DNA of 64,000 nt. Origin: Malacoraja senta (lineage: Eukaryota). Made by a program: the position numbers and the translations under genes. The notes under the pieces were generated by a model. The model ran no database searches. It was not told the origin of the DNA and was given only the letters and a program-made list of their open reading frames with translations. This document shows, piece by piece, positions 12,576 to 24,206 of this stretch. The number at the start of each line of letters is the position of its first letter. Position 1 is the stretch's first letter. The stretch spans positions 1 through 64,000 of the forward strand of contig JAXLNO010000189.1 in the NCBI GenBank assembly GCA_038087875.1, read 5' to 3'.

Positions 12576-15500
12576 TGGCGGAACAGGCAGGTTGAGTAAA
12601 ACGATTTTTATTGTGCAACAGTACTCAGAAAACCGCGTGCCAACTGTATAATAGCTCCTGCTACTGGGAGGAGCGCTGTTGACTGAGGAGAAAAGCCCAC
12701 AAACTCACACCCTGCGGTCATGTGATGGTGCCCGTCAATAACGAGGGTTCGCACTTCCCCAAGCCACCACTAGGTGCCGCTACATGACCCCCCACCCCCC
12801 CAGAACACGAGGAAAGGAACCGAGCGGGAGGCCGAGTGGAGACGAGAGGAACAGGCACAACCGGCGGTACAGGAGGAACTGGCAGAACAGAGCCAGCAGG
12901 CGGCAAAGTCACAGGGGAAACAGGCACAACAGGAGCAACAGGAACGGCCAGCGGACGACCTCTACGCCGGGTGAGCCACCACCACCGGGCTATCGGTAGC
13001 CACGTGGGCGGGCTTGAGGCGAGCCACCAAAACGATTTCCTCCCGACCCCCGACTTACAAAAGAAAAGTCGCGACGCCGGGGCTCAACACCCGGAAAGGA
13101 CCCTCATTAGTCTGTTGCAGCGGAGTCCGGTGCGAGTCCCTGCGGATAAACACAAACAGGCAGTCCTTAAGCTCCGGCAGCACATATACAGGAGCAACCC
13201 CATGTCGAGAGGTCGGAATAGGAGCCAGGCCGCCCACTTTCTCCCGGAGATTCGCCAACACAGACGAAGTGGACTCCTGCAGCCCCCAACCTGCAGGAAG
13301 GAAATCCCCAGGCACCCGCAACGGGGAGCCGGACACGAGCTCAGCAGACGACGTGTCCAAATCCACCTTCGGGGCCATGCAGATCCCCAGCAGCACCCAA
13401 GGCAACTGGTCCGCCCAGTCCGGGCCCTTAAGCCGCGCCTTCAGCGCCGACTTCAAATGTCGATGGAACCGCTCCACCAACCCGTTGACCTGAGGGTGAT
13501 AGGCGGTGGTATTATGCAGCTGCGTCCCATACAGCTGTGCCAAAGCCGACCACAAAGCCAAAGTAAACTGTGCACTACGGTCGGTGGAGATGTCCACAGG
13601 CACACCTAAACGAGCTATCGTTGGCCATGAGGGCCTGAGCACAAGACGCGGCGAAGGTGTCAGCGAGTGGAACGGCCTCTGGCCACCTCGTGAAGCGATC
13701 CACAATAGTAAGCAGGTGGATGGCACTGTGAGACGTTGGCAGCGAACCCACCAAATCAACATGGATATGCTGGAACCTGCAGGGGGGGACCACGAAATCC
13801 TGAAGCGACATTCGCACATGCCGCTGGACTTTCGACGTCTGACAGGGAATGCAGGCCCTAGCCCAGGCCACAACCTGTTTACGAAGGTCCAGCCAGACAA
13901 ACTTGTCCGCCACCAACGCAGAAGTCGCCCGGATGGAAGGATGGACCAGACCGTGGACAGCGTCGAACACACGCCGCCACCAACCTACGGGGATGATAGG
14001 GCGTGAACGCCGTGAAAGGCCTGCCCTCGAGGTAATAACAAAAGTGGCGGACCACCAAATAAAGGGCCAGGAGCTCCCGAACAAAAGTGCTGTAGATCCG
14101 CTCCGGTGGCTGCAGATGTCCACTGAAAAATACAAGCGGCTGCCAGTGTCCGTCAATGAATTGCTCCAGAACCCCTCCCACAGCCGTATCGGAGGCGTCC
14201 ACAGTGAGGGTTGTCGGGCAGCAGCCGCTGGTACACTGCATGGTGGCCTTGGCCAGCGCCTCCTTCGCACCGTCGAAAGCAGCCGCGGTCTCGGCGTCCC
14301 ACACTAGGTCACGTGGTTTACCGGCCAGGCACTGGAACAAAGGCCACATGATACCGGCCACTGCCGGCACGAAACGATGGTAGAAATTCATCATGCCGAC
14401 GAACTCCTGCAGCCCCTTGATGGTGAGTGGCCAAGGAAACTGCCGGATTGCCTCCACCTTAGCGGGCAGAGGTGCAGCGCCCTGTGAGGTGACATGGTGT
14501 CCCAGGAAGGAAATAGAGCGGAGGCCAAACTGACATTTGTCCCGGTGATCACCAGCCCATGGTCCTGAAGCCGCTGGTACAGCACCCGGAGGTTCGTGCA
14601 GTGTTCCTGGTGGGAGCAGCTGGCGACCAGAATGTCGTCCAGGTAAACACGAACTCCAACCCCTGACCCACCATGTCCATCAACCGCTGGAAAGCCTGCG
14701 CGGCGTTTTTCAACCCGAACTCAAATAGGCCGAACGGGGTGATGATGGCGGTCTTGGGCACATCATCGGGGAGTACGGGAATCTGGTGGTAGCCGCGCAT
14801 CAGATCCACCTTGGAAAAGATGGTAGCACCGTCCATGTGGGCTGTGAAGTCCTGAATGTGCGGGACTGGGTAGCGATCAGCGGTCGTGACAGCGTTCAGG
14901 TGTCGGTAATCCCCACACGGTCGCCACCCCCCAGATGATTTGGGGACCATGTGTAATGGGGAAACCCACGGGCTGTTGGAGCGCCGCACAAGCCCCATGT
15001 CCTCCATTTGACGGAACTCCTCCTTAGCGAGCCGCAGCTTGTCGGGCGGGAGCCTGTGCGCCCGTGCATGTAGTGCGGGACCGGCAGTAGGAATATGATG
15101 GACCACCCCGTGTTTAAGAGCGGCCGCGTGAAAGCGAGGGGTCAGGAGCTCCGGGAATTCGGCTAGTATGGAGGCATATGCCCTGCCCCCATCCGTCACC
15201 GATCCCAGGTGCGGGCTGGAAGGGACCGCAGGCCGCGGGGACGCGGGCCGAGGGGACACCGGAGGCATGAGGCGCCGGCCCCGCACATCCACCATTAAAG
15301 AAAAGGCCCTCAGAAAATCGGCGCCCAGCAACGGTGGCAAACGTCGGCAATGGTGAAAGCCCACGAATAATGACAGGAGTCAAGGACGAGGGAAAGGGTC
15401 CGAGTGCCGTAAGTGTGGATGGGATTGCCGTTGATGGCTGTCAGGGCGAGGCCACGCTTACCGGCACGGGTATCGAGCCCAGACGGATGAGGATGCTCAG

Positions 15501-16243
15501 CACAGCCCCGGTGTCCACCAGGAATGGTGATCCCGGACGTAGAGGCAATGGTTCTGGCCTCTACAAGCCGTCCAGCTGCTTGTCGGGCATCTGCTCGTGG
15601 AAGGCCTGCTCAAACAGCAGGCAGGGCTGATGGCCATCCATCAGTGCGAGCCTCTCGCTCATCAGCGCAGACAGCTTACAATCGCCGAGGCCGTCCATAT
15701 GCAAAAGGTGGGCCGCACGATCATGGCGACTGAGCCCAAAAGTGCGGAGCAGCAGCGCCCTGAGGCCCTCGTACTTGCCGAACGTGAGCGGATTCTGCAG
15801 GTAAGGCAGAAATTGGGTGGCAGTCTCCTGACTGAGAGCCCCAAATACATAACAGTAGTGGGTCGCATCCGCGACGATGTTGCGGAGCTCAAATTGGGCC
15901 TCAATGTGGGTGAACCACACTTGAGGCTGTACCGCCCAGAAAACGGGCAGTTTCAGGGCCACTGCATTTTGCTGGGCGGGCTGGGCGTCGAGGTTTTCGG
16001 CGGCATTCATAATCAAAGTCCGAAATAATGATCGAACCAGCGGGGTCACCACTTTGGCGAGACAGGCAGGTTGAGTAAAACGATTTTTATTGTAGAACAA
16101 CAAACAAGTTAGAGTACTCAGAAAACCGCGTGACGGGTCAGCCAACTGTATAATAGCTCCTGCTACCAGGAGGAGCGCTGTCGACTGAGGAGAAAAGCCC
16201 GCGAACTCACAACCGCGGTCATGTGATGGCGCCAGCCAATAAT
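12576..16243 (-). mobile_element. Decayed Ty3/Gypsy LTR retrotransposon (CsRn1-like), internally deleted
   Basis: LTRs 12576-12784 and 16055-16243 (latter truncated); PBS TGGTGACCCCG at 16041-16051; PPT near 12788-12801; gag KLPVFW, protease [23 protein letters not shown], RNase H VDASD, integrase HVDLVG...VERFHR. Confidence 0.92.
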
Positions 16244-16244
16244 C

Positions 16245-16490
16245 CAACAGATGGAGAAGTTTGATGGAGCATTCATCGACATACGGAATCTCTTCAATCT
16301 TATGAGAAAGTAGAGGCGTTGATGGGCTTTCTTTGCAACTGCATCAATATGCTGGGCACAGGACCAAACTTCAGAGATATGAATGCCTAGAAACTTAAAG
16401 CAGTTGACTCTCTCCACCACCATCCCGCCGATAAAGACAAGTTCATAGATCCTTGGCTTTCCCCCACTATAGTCAACAATCAGCCCTCTT
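16245..16490 (-). mobile_element. Rex1/Babar-like LINE fragment (probably continues at about 12010-12390, host of the Gypsy)
   Basis: VERVNCFKFLGIHIS...KKAHQRLYFLIRL. Confidence 0.65.
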
Positions 16491-16534
16491 AAAATTTGAA
16501 CTGTAACCTCCTACAGTAATTTATCTTTGTACAC

Positions 16535-16651
16535 CTGACACAATTTCTGTACCAGTCACAGACAGAATGATATCATTACTCAAGGAACAGAAGGAATGTT
16601 TCATGAGTAATTATATCATTCTGCCTGTGATTGGTACAGAAATTGTGTCAG
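16535..16651. repeat. Short fold-back element / hairpin
   Basis: ctgacacaatttctgtaccagtcacagacagaatgatat... is the near-perfect reverse complement of ...atatcattctgcctgtgattggtacagaaattgtgtcag. Confidence 0.8.
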
Positions 16652-16749
16652 ATAAATTCTGAAGCACTATGAGTGAAATTAGACCAAATAATTCTCAGCA
16701 TTGAACATTTTTACTAGCCAATCGGTGTACCCATAAATTAAATCATTTA

Positions 16750-17590
16750 TGTGTAGGAAAGAACTGCAGATGCTGGTAAAATCGAAGGTAGACACAAAAT
16801 GCTGGAGTAACTCAGCAGGACAGGCAGCATCTATGGAGAGAAGGAATGGGCGACGTTTCGGGTCGAGACCTTTCTTCAGACTGATGTCAGGGGACGGGGC
16901 GGGACAAAGATAGAATGTAGGCGGAGACAGTAACACTAGTGGGAGAACTGGGAAGGGGAAGGAGAGATAGAAAGCAAGGGCCATCTGAAGTTAGAGATCA
17001 AAGTTCATACCGCTGGGGTGTAAACTACCCATCAAAATATGAGGTGCTGTTCCTCCAATTTGCGCTGGGCCTCACTTTGACAATGGAGGAGGCCCAGGAC
17101 AGAAAGGTCAGATTGGGAATGGGAGAGGGAATTGATGTGCTGGGCCACTGGGGGTACAGATAGGTTAAGAGGGACTGAGCGGAGGTGTCCAGCGAAACGA
17201 TCGGCGAGCCTGCGTTTGGTCTCGCCGATGTAGAGAAGTTGACACCTGGAACAGCAGATACAGTAGATGAGGTTGGAGGAGGTGCAAGTGAACCTCTGCC
17301 TCACCTGGAAAGACTGTTTAGGTCTGTGGATGGAGTTGAGGGGGGAGGTAAAGGGACAGGTGGTGCATCTCCTGTGGTTGCAGGGGAAAGTACCTGGGGA
17401 AGGGGTGGTTTGGGTGGGAAGGGATGAGTTGACCAGGGAGTTATGGAGGGAACGGTCTCTACGGAAAGCAGAAAGGGGTGGAGATGAGAAGATATGGCCA
17501 GTAGTGGGATCCCGTTGGAAGTGGCGAAAATGTTGGAGGATTATATGCTGTATACGACGGCTGATGGGGTGGAGGTGAGGACAACGGGGA
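16750..17590 (-). mobile_element. Penelope-like element 3' part (GIY-YIG endonuclease + terminal repeat)
   Basis: FTCTSSNLIYCICCSRCQLLYIGETKRRLADRF; hammerhead-like core at about 16848-16882. Confidence 0.88.
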
Positions 17591-17609
17591 CTTCACTTCC
17601 GCTTGATGT

Positions 17610-17838
17610 GTAAGAAGGAACTGTGGATGCTGGTCTACACTGCAGATCAACATAAAATGCTGGAGTAACTCAGTGGGTCGAGCAGCATCGGGAGAAAAGG
17701 AATAGGTGACGTTTTGGATCGAGACCCATCATCAGATCTGTAGATGGGTCTCGACCCAAATCATCACCTATTCCTGTTCTCCAGAGATGCTGCCTGATCC
17801 CAATGCTGAGTTATTCCAGCATTTTGTGTCTATCTTCC
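17610..17838. repeat. Degenerate palindromic Penelope terminal-repeat unit
   Basis: Inverted arms gctggagtaactcag...gagacccatc / gatgggtctcgaccc...gctgagttattccagc. Confidence 0.7.
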
Positions 17839-18194
17839 CCTTGATTTGTTCAGTGCTCCTTTGATAGTAATACACCCACATCAACAATTATCCCAATCTC
17901 ACTTTTGACCCTTTTGGGGCTCCTTGATTGTGCAGTGCCCCTGTCCCCTCGATTTTCTCATCCTGTGATATTTGGGCATCTGTCATACCCTCAAGTTCCA
18001 GGCGTTCCCTTGTGGTTCTGATGCTGCTGAGGCCCAGTTCACAACTCTCTCCATCAAGTGTATTTGCTCCCTGCAACCATCTGATTGGAGTCTTGCCCCT
18101 GACCTAGTGATCCCCTGAAGGCTTTGGATCTTCATCACATGATTCCCCTGTCATTTAGCCCTGTTCCTGGGTCAGATAGATTTTGAAAATGCAC

Positions 18195-18505
18195 TCTCAG
18201 GTGGGTGAGTCTAAGACCAGAGATCTTAGCCTCAGAATAAAAAGGACATTCCTTTAGGAAGGAGATTAGGAGGAATTTCTTTAGTCAGAGGGTGGTGAAT
18301 CTGTGAAATTCATTGCTACAGAATGCTGTGGAGGCCAAGTCAATGCAGCGATCAATAGATTTGTGATTAGTGTGGGTGTCAAGGATTATGGGGAGAAGGC
18401 AGGAGAATGGGGTTAAGAGGGGAAGATACTAGCCATGATTGAATGGCGGAGTAGACTTGATGGGCTGAACGGCCTAATTCTGCTCCTAGAAGTTAAGAAC
18501 TTATG
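18195..18505 (+). mobile_element. CR1 LINE 3' fragment
   Basis: Same 3' sequence as 7113-7470. Confidence 0.75.
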
Positions 18506-19920
18506 AACACCCAGCCACAAGATTCTTACAGACATATCTTCCCTAACCCTCCGTGCACACCAATGCACCCTGGTAATCTACCTTCCCCAGTAATCCACCT
18601 CCAGGCCCAGTTATTCACCCCCACCCCCTGTCTTTGTGGTTACTGTGGTTATCCATTCTATCATGTTATTGTCATTCGTACAGTAGTCATTGTGATTGTC
18701 ATAAATGAATCATTGACCTATTGCAAATTACCCAAGATTCAAATCTGCTTTCCAAGAAATGTATGAGTCAACAGCCAACAGCCTCCACACAAAGTAATGA
18801 ATTCAAATTAATTTCAAAGTTATCATTCATGAAGGTCAGCATCAAATAAGTTAACAAGTGGTTTTTTATGCCATGTTAGAGTAAATTCTATGTAAACTGC
18901 ATAAGGCACAACAGTGCTCTCAATCTCCATCATATTAAACACAGACAAAAAAAGACCTAATTCAATGGAAGAATAAGTTTCAGGATTTTGGTATCCATAT
19001 TTTTGTTATGCCATCATTACTGAATATTATAAGGATCGTGTAAATTAACACAGATTTGTGCAACATTTTGCAGCATGGGTCTGGATTTGCAGATCACCTA
19101 AACAAAACAGCCAGCAGGAGGCCTGCAAACTGTTCCTCGGCTCTCACAATACTATCGTTTCCAGCTGAACCACCACATTGTTGAGAACTACTCCTGGCTG
19201 CTGCTTTTGATTTGATTAATTGGACCTTGAACATTGAAACACAAAGGGCTGGAGTAACAGCAGAACAGGCAGCTTCTCCGGAGAACATGGATGGGTGATG
19301 TTTTGGGTCTACACCATCCTTCAGACTGATTTTTTTTTGGTGGGGTGGGGAATCGGCAGGACAATGCCAGGTGAGTGATAGGAAGGGGACAAATGGGTGA
19401 GCCCAGGTGAGGCATAGGCACGAGAAAGTAAAAAAGAGTTGTTTGTAGGTCAATTACATAAAATTGGAGAATTCAGTGTTCTTACAGTTAGGTTGAAAGA
19501 TACTGCCGGGATACCTGGATAGATATGAGGGAGTGGGTATAGGGACAGGTGCTCCAGTTTGTGTGTGGTCTCACCAAGGCAATGGGGAAGGCCTAGGACA
19601 GAATGGTCAGTATGAGAATGGGAAACAGTCACCAGGTCTACTCTTGGTTCCTTCCCCTAGCTTCACAATTCACACCTCTTCTATCCTTATCTCACCGCTT
19701 TTCATCTCTGGCCTTTGTCCAACCACCTGCCGATAAACCCCCCTCCTTACCTGTATTCACCTATCACTCGCTAGGTTTTGTCCTGCCCTCCCCACCTCCC
19801 AGCTCTTCCAGTTTTCTGCCCTCTCATCACTATTAATGTGAAGAAGAGTCCTTGTTGAAATAGAACTTAGAACAGAGAGAGTTAGATTTAGCTCTTAGGG
19901 CTAAAGGAATCAAGGGATTT

Positions 19921-20940
19921 CAGTGTGAACTGTGAGGAGGATGCTATGAGAATGCAGGGAGACTTGGACAGGTTGGTGAGTGGGCAGATGCATGGCAGAT
20001 GCAGTTTTATGTGGATAAATGTGAGGTTATCCACTTTGGTAGCAAAAACAGGAATGCAGATTATTATCTAAATGGTGTCAAGTTGGGAAAGGGGGAAGTA
20101 CAATGGGATCTGAGGGTCTTTGTTCATCAGTCAATGAAAGTAAGCATGCAGGTACAGCAGGCAGTGAAGAAAGCGAATGGGATGCTGGCCTTCATAACAA
20201 GAGGAGCTGAGTATAGGAGCAAAGAGGTTCTTCTGCAGTTGTACAGGGCCCTAGTGAGACCACACCTGGAGTATTGTGTGCAGTTTTGGTCCCCTAATTT
20301 GAGGAAGGACATTCTTGCTATTGACGGAGTGCAGTGTAGGTTCACAAGTTTAATTCCCAGGATGGCGGGTCTGTCATATGCTGAGAGAATGGAGCGGCTG
20401 GGCTTGTATACTCTGGAATTTAAAAGGATGAGAGGGGATTTTATTGAAACATATAAGATTATTAAGGGTTTGGACACATATTCCCGATGTTGGGGGAGTC
20501 CAGATCCAGGGGCCACCATTTAAGAATACGGGCTAAGCCATTTAGAACGGAGATGAGGAGACATTTTTTCCACATAGAAAGTTGTGAGTCTGTGGAAATT
20601 TCTGCCTCAGAGGGCGGTGGAGGCCAGTTCTCTGGATACATTCAAGAGAGAGCTAGATAGGGCTCTTAAAGATAGCGGTCATGGGATAAGGAGAGAAGGC
20701 AGGAACGGGGTACTGATTGGGGATGATCAGCCATGATCACATTGAATGGCGGCGCTGGCTCGAAGGGCCGAATGGCCTACTCCTGCACCTATTGTCTATT
20801 GTCTATTGGGATATGGGGAAAAAGCAGGAACGGGGTACTGATTTTAGATGATCAGCCATGATCATATTGAATAGCGGTGCTGGCTCGAAGGGCTGAATGG
20901 CCTACTCCTGGACATATTTTTCTATGTTCTATGTTTCTAT
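19921..20940 (+). mobile_element. CR1 LINE 3' fragment(s)
   Basis: KCEVIHFG...LYRALVRPHLEYCVQFWSP...RGDFIETYK; tails (ctattgt)n and (ctatgtt)n. Confidence 0.9.
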
Positions 20941-21581
20941 CAATGTTCTCTAGAGGTATTGCCTGATCCGCGTGCATGTTATGTCTTACTTTGTAAACCA
21001 GCATTTGCAGTTCTTTGTATCTATATGAACATTGATTTTTTTCTGACTTTATCTCAGGTTACAACAGGGGAAATGGTTGTTGGATCATTTGTGGATTTTC
21101 AGGATTTTTGCTGTCGTAGGAATGAGGCTTGGTCAGTATCTGCAGTGTGCAGAAACCAGTTTATTGCCTACTAATGCAGCAGCAAGGATGAAGAGACCGT
21201 CACAGGTCTTACCTCATTACACTTTGCCCTTTTGTTGAATACTGCCAAACACGATGGTTTAACAAACTTCACATCAATTTCATAAAGTCCAACAACAAAC
21301 AAACGTGCAGATCTTACTGTCCTGTCTTTTACGTTGTGATTAGGTCCTATCCTAGAACGGAGATGGGGAAACACTTTTTCACACAGAGAGTTGTGAGTCT
21401 GTGGAAATCTCTGCCTCAGAGGGTGCTGGATACTTTCAAGAGAGAGCTAGATAGGGCTCTTAAAGACAGTGGAGTCAGGGGTTATGGGGAGAAGGCAGGA
21501 ACAGGGTACTGATTGTGGATGATCAGCCATGATCACATTGAATGGCGGTGCTGGCTCGAAGGGCCAAATGACCTACTCCTG

Positions 21582-22493
21582 GCCTGTCGGTGGGGGCGTT
21601 GTGAGCCGGCTGCCCTGCCAGCAGCGTGTTCGTTTTTTCTACTTTTTTTGTTTTTTTAGTGTGTCTCAATGTGTGTTTTTAATGTTTCTCTGTGTGTCTT
21701 GTGTGGGGGGTGGTGTGGCGGGGTAAGGGGGGAACCGCTTCGGTCGCCTCTTCCACGGAGAGGCGACTTTTTCCATGTCGCCTCCCTCGTGGCCTAACAT
21801 AGAGGATCGGTGCGGCCTTTCCCGGAGACGCGCCCGGGGCTTCAGCAGCCGGACTCTTTCCTCGCGGAGCGGGCGAGCCCTCGCTGGGGGGAGCGCTCCG
21901 TTTGCTGGCCCGTGGCAGCCTGAAGCCGCAGTCTGTGGAGCTCCAGCTGGCGTGGCATCCGGAGCCTGGGATCCCTGATTGGGGACCCCGGAGGAGAAGA
22001 GCTCCTACCGCCAGCCCGCGGCCTACTTCTAACCGCAGGCGCGGCGGGGACTTACCATCCGGAGTGGGATCCCTCGCCGTGGTTCCCTGGAGAGGAGCTC
22101 CGACTGCCAGCCCTGCGGTCTGCGGTGCTTCTTTCTGCAGCGCAGTGGGGACTTTAGATCTTCGACCGCCGGCATGCAGCCTACACCATCTTGAAGCCAC
22201 GGTCTCCAGTGGGGAGGCACCGATTCAGGAATTACCTGGAATTACCTTGTCTGCACATCTGGATGCCCGCAGTGGCGACTGCGGAGGGTTGTGGTCCCGA
22301 CCACAGAGGAAAATGGAGGAGGGCTGATCAAACTTTGTGCCTTCCACCACAGTGATGAATAGTGTGGTGGATGTTTGTGTTAACTTCTTATTGTGTGTTG
22401 TGTGCTCTTTTTTTAAATTGTACCACTGCTGGCAAATTCATTACTCTGCACTTTATGTGCAAGTGACCAATAAAACTGACTTGACTTGACTTG
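21582..22493 (+). mobile_element. GC-rich non-autonomous retroelement inserted in a CR1 3' UTR
   Basis: TSD actcctg at 21575-21581 and 22494-22500; tail aataaaa(ctgac/ttgac)n; no credible ORF. Confidence 0.7.
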
Positions 22494-23288
22494 ACTCCTG
22501 CACCTATTGTCTATTGATCTAAATCCATTTAAAATGATGGTAATATGAGGTCCAATAGAATTAAATGTTGAATATTGGTGGGGAGGCAGGATTTGATAAT
22601 ATTTTGACTAATGTATTCTTCTTGTACCAAAGAATAAACTGAGTTTTTTAAACTAAAGTTGATCAGATGGATATTTTGTGGCAAGTGATCCAAAAATATC
22701 CACTATTGCATCATTATCCATGACATAAAGGACTGCAGGATTGATACCCTTTCACTTGTCTCAGTTATCAGCACGCTCCATGAAATATTTGAACTCAACA
22801 GAAGGCATTGTAATCATGACCTTCACTGACAAAGATAATAACAGAAGGTTAATGAAATCATCATCATCTCCAAGTTTTTCTCCAAGTCACAGGCCAACCT
22901 GATTTGCACATGTTCTGGAACTTCCTACCAAGGGGCATAGCCAGAGTAGGTTTCTAACATGAATATATATTTTTGTGAAGGAACCCCATTATCACATTTT
23001 GGGGGGGGAAACAAGGGATGACCAGTAAATGCTGGCCTCAACATCTCAAATTGCATCTGTTCAAACCTCCTCGACTGCACTCAATACTCCTACTGGGGCC
23101 TATTTTACATCGGTGAGACCACGGGTAGACCAGGCTACCATTTTGCTGGACACTTGCGCTCGGTCTGCCAAGACCTGCTCAATGTCCAGTTGCTAAATAT
23201 TTTAACTCCCATTCCCATACCAACCTTTCTGTCTGAGCCTCCTCCATTGTCAGTGTGAGGCCACACACAGACTGGAGGAATAGCACCT

Positions 23289-23428
23289 ACTTCTTCTTCT
23301 TGCGTTTGGTGTGCACAGCCTAAAGTTGTAGGACAACGTTCTATTTGATCTTATTTGATTGGGCACGCCGGGTTGATTGCATTCATCAAAACAGGGCAGA
23401 CCACGTGAAAGTTGCAATCTTCCACCCC
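23289..23428 (-). mobile_element. 140-bp non-autonomous retroposon (Ingi/Vingi-like ends) with (AAG)n tail
   Basis: Perfect 11-bp TSD gaatagcacct at 23278-23288 and 23429-23439; 3' end acgcaagaagaagaag; clade assignment is inference. Confidence 0.8.
23375..23428 (-). ncRNA. Minimal HDV-like ribozyme fold (catalytic C substituted by U in this copy)
   Basis: P1 GGGGUGG/CUGCCCU with G1-U wobble, P2 GAUUGCA/UGCAAUC, P3 ACU/GGU, L3 UUCACGU, J4/2 UGAA; G1 is the first base of the element. Confidence 0.75.
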
Positions 23429-24040
23429 GAATAGCACCTCATATTCCACTTGCGTACCTTACAGCCCAATGTTTTGAACATTGAGTAGGAAGGAAAAACG
23501 AGGGTCTCGCCCCGAAACATCACCTTCTCCTTTTCTCCAGAGATGCTACCTGACCCGCTGAGTTACTCCAGCTTTTTGTGTCTATCTTTGATATGAACAT
23601 TGAATGCTCCAATTATAAATCATATACCCTACCCCTCTCTCTTGCTGGTACCCCCACCAACCCCTGTGCCAACCATTTTTCTCACTATCCTGCCCATCTC
23701 CCCATGCTCCACCCCAAGTTCCTTTCCACCTATAATCCCCCCTGAGGCTTTACATTTCACTCAAAAGGAGTCTCATTTTCAACTTAATTCATCCTATCTA
23801 TTCCCCTATATACCTTTATAAGATCACCCCTCATCCTTCAGTACAAGGAAGCCCTAGCCAGCCAAACCCTTTCCTATAGCTCTGGCCCTTAAGCCCTGGA
23901 AATCTTATCTGCACTCTTTCCAGCTTAACAACATCCTTCCTATATCAGGATGACCAAAATTGAACACAATACTCCAAATGTAGCCTCATCAACATCTTGC
24001 ACAACTGTAATATAACATGATAACACAAAGTACTGGAGTA

Positions 24041-24206
24041 ACCTGTACATCTTTGGAGTTTGGGAGGAAACCGGAGATCCCGGAAAAACACAGAGGTCAC
24101 GTGGTGAACGTACAAACTCCATAAAGACAGCACCCTTGGTCAGGATCGTACCCGAGTCTCTGGCGCTGTAAGGCAACAACTCTACCGCTGCGCCACCTTG
24201 CTGCCC
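24041..24206 (-). mobile_element. HE1/V-SINE-like SINE 5' part
   Basis: A-box TGGCGCAGCGG, B-box-like GGGTACGATCC, V-SINE-like core. Confidence 0.8.

Larger units (their letters stand above)
23040..23590 (+). mobile_element. Degenerate Penelope fragment
   Basis: tacatcggtgagacc (YIGET), ctggaggaa.agcacctcatatt, terminal repeat remnant. Confidence 0.7.

Noticed and set aside
12836..16028. Plus-strand ORFs up to 257 aa
   Set aside because: Antisense shadows of GC-rich Gypsy coding sequence; the same applies to plus-strand ORFs over the Tx1 element.
21040..21340. Possible exon(s) of another gene
   Set aside because: Splice-like motifs occur on both strands, but the frames are short or unrecognisable and no partner exons were found.
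24140..24206. tRNA gene
   Set aside because: A/B boxes belong to a SINE head that continues into the SINE core; no complete cloverleaf. Same for the other SINE copies.
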